A DNA stretch of 64,000 bases from the human T2T-CHM13v2.0 reference genome, Homo sapiens. Below, piece after piece: positions 14,610 to 25,610 of this stretch (positions are counted from its first letter, which is position 1; the number at the start of each line of letters is the position of its first letter). Location: NCBI RefSeq assembly GCF_009914755.1, contig NC_060930.1, one strand, 5' to 3'. The position numbers and the translations under genes were made by a program. The notes beneath the pieces were generated by a model that saw only the letters and a list, made by a program, of their open reading frames with translations, did not search any database and was not told the origin of the DNA.

Positions 14610-15090
14610 TAGTCCTGACTTAAAAATTAAAAACAAGACCCTAAAATGATCAATGTTTCCAAGTAACTTGAATAAATTCCAGAAAGAAGCTTAAGGATAT
14701 CCATGGAAATGCAAAAATATTCAGCACCTAACAAAGTACGGTTCACAATGTATGGCATCTAATCAGAATCATTAGGCACTCAAAGGAACAGGAATATATG
14801 ATCTATAATGAGTAGAAAGAACAAATCAATTGAAACAAAAATAGAACTGGAACATGTTAAAATACCAGATAAAAACAATCAATTATTATCACTCTATGTC
14901 AAATGATGAGTAGAGACATGAAATATTTTATGAAGGCCTAAATCAAACTTTCAGAAATGAAAACTACAATGTACAAGCTGAAAATTAAACTGGATGGGAA
15001 TAACAACAGAGCTGACATTGCCAAAGAAAAAAAAATAGTGAACTTGAAGCATAGCTATAGAAATTACTCAAAATAAACACTGAGAGATAA
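14610..15090 (+). mobile_element. Old L1M (MC/MD/ME) ORF1 5' part
   Basis: ttcacaatgtatggcatc...ctggatgggaataacaacagagctgacattgc...gtgaacttgaag. Confidence 0.75.
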
Positions 15091-15093
15091 TTT

Positions 15094-15208
15094 TACTTCT
15101 GCAATGATGAAGTAGACATGTATTTCCCTATTTTTACCTCTAAATTAAGCCCAAAACCCTAGGTATTATATAGGAAATGAATATTTAAAAAATTTGACTG
15201 AGACTCTC
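15094..15208 (+). mobile_element. L1M 5'UTR head of a second element; resumes at ~16281-16365
   Basis: acttctgcaatgatgaagtagac...aaaaccctaggtattatata; continuation aaggcagcctggctaaggacctcaggacc. Confidence 0.6.
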
Positions 15209-15249
15209 TCCTATTGAGAGAGATCTCAATATCCCACTGAGAGATCTCA

Positions 15250-16280
15250 CAAAGTGAAGTTCAAGAAAGAGGAAGTGGTCAACTGTGATGAAAGTTGTTG
15301 AAAGGTTGAGTAAGATGGAGTCAGAAGAGTAAACATTAGATTTGGCAATGTGGGAATTGTTGGTAACCTGGACAAGCACAGTTTCAGTGTCATGGCAGGG
15401 CAGTTGCCAAGTGGAGCAGGTGGAGAGAACAGGGTGGAGACAAGCCTTTCAAGAGGTTTTGTTCATGAGAGCAGAAAAATAGGACTGTGGCTGGAGGGGC
15501 ATGTGGGATTAGGAATAGCTGGAAAGGGTGGATGGAAAACGCTAAGGTATGCTTTTATGTTAATGGCAATGATGCACTAGAGACGGAGAAACTGATGATG
15601 TAAAGCAACAAACATATAGTTAGGGAACACAAGAAGGCATGGGATTCAAAGAAAAAGGCAAGGCTTGACTTAAGATGGAGCAAGGCCACCACAACCATTG
15701 TAATACAATATAGGGTAGAAACTACAGGTGCAGAAAAGGACGCCCTCTGCATTTGATGGTAAGAATTAGAGGAAGTCCTGGCTAACACGGTGAACCCTGT
15801 CTCTACTAAAAATACAAAAAATCAGCCAGGCGCAGTGGCGGGCGCCTGTAGTCCCAGCTATTCGGGAGGCTGAGGCAGGAGAATGGCATGAACCCCGGGG
15901 GCGGAGCTTTCAGTGAGCCGAGATAGCACCACTGCACTCCAGCCTGGGCTACAGAGCGAGACTCCGTCTCAAAAAACAAAAAAAAAAAGAATTAGAGGAA
16001 GTTCCCTTCCAATACCTTATTTTCTCACTGAAGCATGAAGCAAGGTCATCAGATGAGACTGAGGTGTTGTAGCTTTAAGGAGAGAGGACAAGTTATGAAA
16101 CAGTCATTTTGGAGAGTGGAAGAATGAACTTACTATGGAAATGTCAGAGGACAGTCAGTTGTTCTTTGGAGAACTGTAGTCTGTTTAAGAGTAATAAGTT
16201 ACAAACTTTTCTCTTGCCATGTATAACTGCTTTGGTTGCAGAAGAGGTGAAGAGTTGGGCTTTAACAAAAGTTACCAAGG
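15250..16280 (-). mobile_element. L2a internal segment (interrupted by AluY)
   Basis: gtggtcaactgtg...aggttgagtaagatg...ttagatttggcaatgtgg...cagtttcagtg. Confidence 0.85.
15777..15986 (+). mobile_element. 5'-truncated AluY
   Basis: cctggctaacacggtg...ggagaatggcatgaaccc; perfect 16-bp TSD aagaattagaggaagt (15761-76, 15987-16002). Confidence 0.95.
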
Positions 16281-16365
16281 GTATTAAAACAAACGTTATT
16301 AAAAAAAAAAATTTTGAAAACTAGAAAGAAAAAGGCAGCCTGGCTAAGGACCTCAGGACCAAAGG

Positions 16366-19300
16366 TAAATCCTGGCAGGAAAAGATCCTCCGCCCAACCA
16401 CCATGGACAATGGAGTTGGCATAAAGAGCTGCTTACAGAAGTGGTAGGGGCAGCATGCCAGCCAAGGTAGAGCCTAGAGGGTTTGGTGTGGGAGTGTCTG
16501 TAGCAGAGCATGGCCAAGGACACACATCCCTCTAGGCTCCACTTGCCCCCATAGGAGACTTTAGCCTTAGGAGAGCTGTCGGATCTGAATTCTGCAGAGC
16601 AGTCTTGCCCATTAGATGGGGCCAGTCCAGCCTGAGCACCCTTTGGTTGGCTGGCCTTGAAGATCAGAATGAAAGATCAGCTCACGAAGATGAGAAAGAA
16701 CCAGTGCAAGAACTGTGACAACTCAAAAAAACAGAGTGCCTTCTTTCCTCCAAACAATTGCACTACCTCTCCAGCAAGGGTTCTGAACTGGGCTGAGATG
16801 ACTGAAATGACAGCAATAGAACTCACAATACAGATAGGAACAGAGATCACTGAGATGCAAGAGTGTGTTGAAACCCAATCCAAGGAAGCTATACACACAC
16901 ACACATACACACACACACACACACATATATATATACGTATATGATCCCTTAAAGAGACCAAATCTATGACTTATTGGTGTCCCTGAAAGAGATGAGGAGA
17001 ATGGAACCAACTTGGAAAATATATTTCAGGATATCATCCACGAGAACTTCTCCAACCTAGCAAGAGAGGCCAACATTCAAATTCAGGAAACACAGAGAAC
17101 TCCAGTAAGATACTTCACAAGAAGAACATCCCCCAGAACACATAATCATCAGATTCTCCAAGGCCATAGTGAAGAAAAAATGTTAAAGGGAGCTAGAGAG
17201 AAAAGTCAGGTCACCCTCAATGGGAAGCCCATCAGACTAACGGGTAACTCTCAGTAGAAACCCTAAGACAGAAGAGATTGGGTGCCAATACTCAACATCA
17301 AAAAAAAAAACAATAACTTTATATATAGCCAAGCTCAGGTTCACATGTGAAGGTTCACATGTCCCTTTCAGACAATCAAATGCTGAGGGAATTCATTACC
17401 AACAGACCTTCCTTACAAGACCTCCTGAAGGAAGCACTAAATATGGAAAGAAAAGTCAGTTACCATCAGCCACTACAAAAATGCATGAAGTACACAGACT
17501 AGTGACACTATAAAGCAACCACACTAACAAGTCTGCATAATAACGAGCTAACATCATGATGACAGGACCAATCTACACATATCAGTACAAACCTTGAATG
17601 TAACTGGGCTAATTGCCCTAATTTGCGTGAGCTGGATAAAGAATTAAGACACAATGGTGTGCTGTCTTCAAAAACCCATCTCACATGCAATGACACCCAT
17701 AGACTCAAAATAAAAGAATGAATAATCATCTACCAAGCAAATGGAAAACAGAAAATGGCAGCTGTTGCAATCCTAATTTCAGACAAAACAGACTTTAAAC
17801 TGTCAAAGATTTAAAAAAAAAAATACAAAAAGGGCATTACACAGCGGGAAAGGGTTCAATTAAACAAGACCTAACTATCCTAAATATATATGTACCCAAC
17901 ACAGGAGCACCCAGGTTCAGATAGCAAGTTCTTAGAGACCTTCAAACAGACTTAGAGATCCATATAATAATAGTGGGAAACTTCAACACCCCACTGTCAA
18001 TATTAGACAGGTCACTGAGGTGGAAAATTAACAACGGTATTCAGGACCTAAACTCAGCACTGGATCAAATGGATCTGATAAACATCTACAAAACTCTCCA
18101 CCCAAAAAACAACAAAATATGCATTCTTCTGATTGCCACATGGCAATTACTTTAAAATTGACCTCACAACCAGACATAAAACAATCTTCAGCAAATGCAA
18201 AAAAAAAAAAAAAAAACCCACACCCTGAAATTATAACAACCACTGTCTTGGACCACATCACAATAAATTTAGAAATCAAAGTTAAGAAAATCACTCAAAT
18301 TCACATAATTACATGAAAATTAAATAACTTGCTCCTCAATGACTTTTGGGTAAATAATGAAATTAAGGCAGAAATCAAGAAGTTATTTGAAACTAAGGAG
18401 AGCAACATACAACATACCAGACTCACTGCTAAAGCACTGTTGAGAGAAATTCGTAGCACTAAATGCCAATATCATGAAGTTAGAAAGATCTCAAATTAGC
18501 ATCAAGACATGAAAAACCACTTAGATCAATGAATCCAGGAGTTGGTTGTTTGAAAGAATTCATAAAATAGATGGACCACTAGCTAGACTAATAAAGAACA
18601 GAGAAGAGCCAAATAAACACAATTAGAAGTGACAAAGGGGATATTACCACAAACCCTGTAGAAATACAAGTAACCACAAGAGAATATTATGATCAACTCT
18701 ATGCACACAAACTAGAAAACCTAAAAGAAATGGATACATTCCTGGACACATATGCCCTCCCACTACTGAACCAGGAAGAAATTGAATCCCTGAACAGACC
18801 AATAATGAGCTCCAAAATTAAATCAGTTATAAATAGCCTACCAACCAAAAAACATTCAGGACCAGAGAGATTCACAGCCAAATTCTATCAGATGTATAAA
18901 GAAAAGCTGGTACCATTCCTATTGAAACCATTTCAAAAAATTGAGGAGGAAGGACTCCTGCTGAACTTATTCTATGAGGCCAACATTATCCGGATACCAA
19001 AACCTGGCAGACACAGTAACAACAAAAAAAGAAAACTTTAGGCCAGTGTCCTTGCTGAACATTGATGCAAAAATCCTCAACAAAATACTGGCAAACCAAA
19101 TCCCACAGTGCATCAAAAAGGTTATCCATCACAATCAAGTAGGCTTTATCTATGGGATGCAAAGTTGGGTCAACATATGCAAATAAAAAAATGTGATTCA
19201 TCACATAAGCAGAACTAAAGACAAAAGCCACATGACTATCTCAATAGATGCAGAAAAGGCTTTCAATAAAATTCAATACCCCTTCATGTTAAAATTTTTC

Positions 19301-20873
19301 AATAAACTAGAACAAGGTATTGAAGGAACATACCTCAAAATAATAATTGCCATCTATGATGAATAAATTGCCAACATATTGAATAGAAAAAAGCTGCAAG
19401 CATTTCCCTGGAAAACTGTCACAAGACAAACTTGCCTGCTCTCACCACTTCTATTTGACATAGTATTGGTAGTCCTGGCCAGAGCAATCGGACAAGAGAA
19501 AGAAATAAAGGGCATCTACATAGAAACAGATGAAGTCAAACTATCTCTGTTTGCAGATGATATAATTCTATATCTAGAAAGCCCCACAGTCTTGGTCCAA
19601 AAGATCCTTAAGTAGATAAACAACTTCAGCAAAGCCTGAGGATACAAAATTAACAAACAAAAATCACTAGCACTCCTATACACCAACAACAGTCAAGCTG
19701 AGATCCAAATCAGGAACCCAATCCCATTCATCATTTCCAGAAAAAGAATAAAATATCTAGGAATACAGCTAACCAGGGAGGTAAAAGACCTCTACAATGA
19801 GAACTACAAAACAGGAAGGGGAACATCACACACCGGGGATGCCGAAAGCAACTGCAACAAAACCAAAAATTAATACATGGCATCTGATTAAATTAAACAG
19901 CTTCTTCCACAGCAAAAGAAATTATCATCAGAGTGAACATACAACCTACCGAATGGGAAAAATGTTTGCAAACTATGCATCTGACAAAGGTCTAATATCC
20001 AGCGTCTATAAGAAACTTAAATTTACAAGAGAAAAACAACCCCATTAAAGAGTGAGCAAAGGAGAAGAATAGACACTTCTCAAAAGAAGACATACATGTG
20101 GCCAATAAGAATATGAAAAAATAGCTCAATATCACTGATCATTAGAGAAATGCAAATCAAAACCACAATGAGATACCATTTCGGGCTAGTCAGAATGGCT
20201 ATAATTAAAAAGTCAAATAACAAATGTTGCAGAGGTTGTGGAGAAATAGGAATGGTTATACACTGTGGGAGTGTAAATTAGTTCAACTATTGTGGAAAGC
20301 ACTGTGCCATTCCTCAGAGATCAAAACATAACTACCATTCAACCCAGCAATCCCATTACTGGATATATACCCAAAGGAATATAAATCGTTCTATCATAAA
20401 GACATATGCACTGTATGTTCATTGCAGCACTATTCACAATATCAAAGCCATGAAATAATCCTAAATGCCCATCAATAGGAGACTGGATAAAGAAAATGTG
20501 GTACATTTATACCATGCAATACTATGCAGCCATAAAAAAAGAATGAGATCATGTAATCTTTGCAGGAACATGGATGGAGCTGGAAGCCATTATCCTTAGC
20601 AAACTTATGCAGGCACAGAAAAGCAAACATGGCATATCCTCACTTATAAGTGGGAGGTTAATGATAAGAACACATGGACACATAGAGGGGAACAACACAC
20701 TGGAGCCTATTGGAAGGTGGAGGTAGGAGGAGGGAAAGGATATGGAAAAATAACTAATGAGTACTGGGCTTAATACCTGGGTGATGAAATGATCTGTACA
20801 ATAAACCCCAATGACATGAGTTTACCTGTATAATAAACCTACACATGTACCCCTAAACTTAAAAGTTAAAAAA
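16366..20873 (+). mobile_element. L1PA13-16/L1PREC2-type LINE-1, internally deleted, dead ORF1/ORF2
   Basis: 5'UTR piece; ORF1 MRKNQCKN; EN motif GNFNTPLS; RT motif SLFADD (ORF 19379..19615); 3'UTR gcttaatacctgggtgatgaaat...acatgtacccc; many stops and frameshifts. Confidence 0.93.
16891..16942. repeat. (CA)n(TA)n microsatellite inside L1 ORF1
   Basis: atacacacacacacatacacac...atatatatatacgtatat. Confidence 0.9.
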
Positions 20874-21815
20874 TAGCATCAATTTTACAATCTTTTCCAG
20901 AAAAGACAAAAGGAGGTAATACTTTTTATGATGTCAGTGTTGCCCTGCTACCAAAACCAGAAAGAGATAAAATAAAGAATACCGGTAATAGCAAATGCTG
21001 CTGAGGATGTGGAGAAACTGGATGTCTTACGCATTGTTTGTGGAGATGTGAAATGGTACAATGACTCTGGAAAGCAGTTTGGAAACTTCTTTGAAAAACA
21101 AAACATACACTTACCATGGGACCCAGCAATTGCACTCTTGGGCATTCATTGCAAAGAAATGACAATTAATGGTAGTTCATAGCAGCTTTGTTTGTAGTAG
21201 CCAAAAACTGGAATAAATTTAAATGACTCTCAAAGGGTGAATGGCTAAACAAAACACGGTACATTCATACCATAGCATACTACTACTCCACAATTAAAAG
21301 GGACAAACCGTTAACATACAGAACTTAGATGGCTCTCAATGGCATCGTGCTGAGAACCAAAAAAAAAAAAAAAAAGGAGTCTCAAAGGATCATACAATGT
21401 CTAATTTAATTTACATTACATTCTTGGAATTACAAAATTATGGAGATAGAGAGACTGTGGTTGTAAGAGGTTAGCAATCATGGGTGGGAGGTGCTGAGAG
21501 TGTTAACTAAAATGAAATGGAACAAGAGAGATCTTTGTGATGATGGAATCACTCTGTATCTCAATTGTGATAATGTGACAGTAGTTATGCAGATCTACTC
21601 ACGTGATAAAATAATATAGTATTACATACATAAACACAAACATATTTTACTACTGACATTTTCCTGAGTATATTATTGAACTACAATTATGAAAGATGTG
21701 ACTATTGGAGAAAGCGTGTGAAGGGAATTCAGGACCCCTCTGTAGTATATTTAAAACTTCCTGTGACTCTATATGTATGACACATAGAAAGCTAAAAATA
21801 TAAATAAGTAAATAA
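20874..21815 (+). mobile_element. L1MC/MD ORF2 remnant plus 3'UTR
   Basis: taccaaaaccaga; aaatgctgctgaggatgtggagaaactggat...aacttcctgtgactctat. Confidence 0.8.
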
Positions 21816-21829
21816 CCTAAAAATATATA

Positions 21830-23855
21830 AATAGATGCATAGAGTGATAGAGTATTGATGACTTGTGGGACAACTTGAAGTGGTTTAATATATGCGCACT
21901 TAGAGTTCCTGAAGGAAAAGAGTCAGGACAGAAAAACATTGAAGAAGAATTACTGAAATACATTGAAATTTAATGAAAACTATAATCCCATAGATTCAAG
22001 AAGTTCAATGAATTATCATACACAAATGTCATAAAATCTACAAAAAAAAACTGGACATATTCAATAATATTTTAAGGTCTCAGGATACAAGATCAATATA
22101 CAATAAGCCAAATGTGTTTCTGTTTACTGGAAAGGACAACTAGAACATGCCATTTTCTTAGCATTGAGAAATATGAAATATTTAGAATTTGTACAAATTT
22201 TGCTCACTGAAACCTACAAAACAGTCCTGAAAAAAATTACTGATGACCTATATAAATGGGGATATATATCCTGACCATGAGTCAGGTGACTGAATACTGT
22301 TAAAATGTCAATGCATCATAAGTTGATTTATAAATTTAACACAACGCCAATAAAAATTGAAAAAATTGTTTTTTATAGAAATTTGACTTTCTATAGAAAT
22401 TGGAAAACCAGTTCTAAAAGCCATATGGAAATGCAAAAAACCTAGAATAGCCTAATAAGTGAAAAATAACAAAGTTGAAGGATTAACACTACCTGATATC
22501 AAGACATTATAAAGCTGCAGTAATTAAGTATATGTAGTATAGGAGACAAGCTTGACAAACAGATTAATAGAACAGAATAGAAAGTCCAAAAATAGGCTTC
22601 ACATTTATGGATAACATATTTTCAAAGATGTAAAGGCAATCAAATGGAGAAATTATAGTATTTTCATGAAATAGTGTTAAAACAATGCAATCTCTATGTA
22701 AAAACAGTTAATTTCCATCCACATCACACTCATAAATTAACTCAAAATAGGTCATAAAGTTAAGTGTAAAACCTATGACTATAAAGTTACTAAAACAAAA
22801 TGAAGGAGAAAAATTTTCTGAGTATGTGTTGGCAAATATTTCTCAGCTATAACATAAAAAATAAAACCAATAAAAATTGGTAAGTTTGACTTCCTCAAAA
22901 TACACTATGAGAGCATGAAAGGACAGCCTGCTGACTGGGGAAAAATGCCAATCATATGTCCAATAAAATACTTGTATCCAGCATATAGAAAGAATTTTAA
23001 AACTCAACAATAAGAAAGCATACAACCAGTAAATAAAATGGGCAAAATAGTTGAATAAACACTTATCCAAGAGGACAGATGGATGGCAAGTAAACAAATA
23101 AAAAGATGCTCAACATCAAAAAGATGTAAATTAAAACCAAGATGTAACACACATCTATCAGAATATTTACAGATAAAACTGATCATAACATGTGTTAGTG
23201 GGATTTGGAAAAACCAAAGCATACACTGCTAATAAAATGGCACAACCACTTCGGAATAAAGTTTTGTAGTTTCTAAAAGTTAAGCATTTACGTACCATCT
23301 GATCCAGCCATTTCACTCCTAGGTATTTACCCAAGAGAAATGAAGACATATTTCCATACCAAGCCTCGTTCATGAATGTTGGTACTGGCTTTATTTGTGA
23401 AAGCTTAAAACTGGAAACAAGCCACATGCTCAGCAACTGTTGAATTGTTGAATGATTAAACAAAGAGTAGTGCATTCATGCAATGAAATACATCTCAGAC
23501 GTAAAAAGGAATCATTTATTGCTGCACACTACAATACAGATAAATCACCAAATAATTATGCTGATTGAAAGAAACCATGCAAATAAAAAAAGAAAATACT
23601 ATGTGCTGCTGTCTATGTAAAATTCTAAACGTTGTCAATTAGTGTATAGTGACAGAATGGAAATTAGTTGATTGCAAAGAAGCATAGAAGCATAAGGAAA
23701 CTTTTGAAGGTGATAGATAGGTTCATGATTTTTATTGTGGTGATGTTTTCACAGGCATATATAAACATCAAAACTTATTTAACTGTACACTTTGAATATA
23801 TGCAGATTATTGTGTGTCAATTATACTTTAATACAACTCTCAATAAAAAGGTAAA
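21830..23855 (+). mobile_element. Old L1M: ORF1 remainder, ORF2 pieces and 3'UTR
   Basis: gacttgtgggacaacttgaag; ggatacaagatcaatatac; ends aactgtacactttgaatatatgcag...caataaaa. Confidence 0.85.
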
Positions 23856-23893
23856 TAAGCAGACTAAATATAATTGCGGAAAACTGTAGTAGA

Positions 23894-24196
23894 GGCCAGG
23901 CGCAGTGGCTCACGCCTGTAATCACAGCACTTCGGGAGGCCAAGATGGGTGGATCATTAGGTCACAAGTTCAAGACTAGTCTGGCCAAGATACTGAAACC
24001 CCATCTCTGCTAATAATACAAAAATTAGCAGCTCATGGTAGCATGCGCCTATAGTCCCAGCTACTCATGAGGCTGAGGCAGGAGGATCACTTAAACTCAG
24101 GAGACGGAGGTTGCAGTGAACCAAGATCGCTCCACTATACTCCAGCGTGGTGACAGAGTGAGACTCCATCTCAAAAAAAAAAAGAAAAGACAAAGA
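23894..24196 (+). mobile_element. AluS (Sg-like), full length
   Basis: Dimeric Alu; TSD aaaactgtagtaga / aaaactacagtaga. Confidence 0.93.
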
Positions 24197-24369
24197 AAAA
24201 CTACAGTAGATAAAGAAAATAGTTTAATTACTCCATATATGAATGGCTGTTTATAACAAGTCATGGGAAAATATATAATAATGACTTATAATTATCAATC
24301 AAAATAATATCAATATCAATTATAAACAATAATAATAATAGCCTGTATGTCTCCTAAGGTAGTTACATA

Positions 24370-25020
24370 TGTGTAAATCAAACCTGAGTCTGATCAGTCC
24401 TTTAGGTCTAATTACCAATTTACAGAAAATACAGATGACATAAAAATATGCTAAGTGATGCTGAGGGGTAAGCAATCCCGTAATGTCTATGAGAATATCT
24501 ACTCTGGACCTGACGGATGTAACTAAATAATGTGAGAGAGGCAAGTGATAAACACAAGCCTTTAGTTTAAAAGAGACAAACTAAAAATACGCATATCCTT
24601 TGACTCAATAATTACGTTTTACTTGTAACTTCCCTGAGGGGAGGGTGGAATTACTCAAGACTATAAAGGGAAACATACAAGTCTTTTACATAATTTCAGT
24701 AACTATCAAAATTTACTAATGTCTACAAACATGTAATGTCAACAATTACATTACATAATATCAAGTAATTGTACATTAGTTGAATAACAAACTAAATTTT
24801 ATTGTAATTTCATGGAATATTATGTAACCATTAAAGGAAAGAGAGTAGTTTTTTTAATACTAACATGGATATAGATCCAAAATATATTATTGTTAATAAA
24901 AAAGAAAACATAACAATTACTGCACACAAACACATACATATGAATACATACATGTGTAAGGTCATAGAAAAATGTCAAGGAAAATATACAGTGAACTTAT
25001 TACTGTAGTTATCTACCTCT
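24370..25020 (+). mobile_element. L1MC/ME 3' fragments
   Basis: aaacctgagtctgatcagtcct...taattaccaatttacag; catggaatattatgtaaccattaaa. Confidence 0.6.
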
Positions 25021-25094
25021 CCCAGGAATGTGATGGCTTTTAAATAAATATACATATATCTATAAATAATGCAGAATATTATTTGTTGTTTTAT

Positions 25095-25610
25095 ATATTC
25101 ATAAATGGTAACCAATTATACATGTTCTGCCACTTGCTTTAATGTTTTAAAGATCTGTATTTGTAGTGTATTCTGTTCCTTTTCTAAACAGTCATGCAAG
25201 TTCCATTTTATGACTAGACTGTATTTTATTTACACAGTGATGATAGTGGTTTAGGCTGTTCCCCATAATTTGGTACTGCAAACATCATCCCATTGAATAT
25301 ACTTTCACAAACTGCCTTGTGTATACATATGAGCATTTCTCTAGGCTATATACCAATAAGTGGAATTGTCATCAGTTGAGTAGTAAATGCAGATTTAACT
25401 TTATGAATCTTGCAAATTGTTCTCTAAAGGTACTGTTCCAATTTATACGTCCACCAAGACTGGAAGATTCTCTTCCCAAATAATCACCAAAAGTTAGTAT
25501 TGTCATACTTTTTTTTACATTTTATAAGATGAATGAATAAAAACATTGCTTTTATTTAATTTATATTAGTTAACTATAACCTGTAAGGTTGACCAACTTT
25601 TCACATGGTG
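25095..25610 (-). mobile_element. L1ME 3' region
   Basis: tttaggctgttcc...atttctctaggctatataccaataagtggaattg. Confidence 0.7.

Noticed and set aside
16657-20048. ORFs with endonuclease and reverse-transcriptase motifs
   Set aside because: Fragments of a dead L1, not a functional gene
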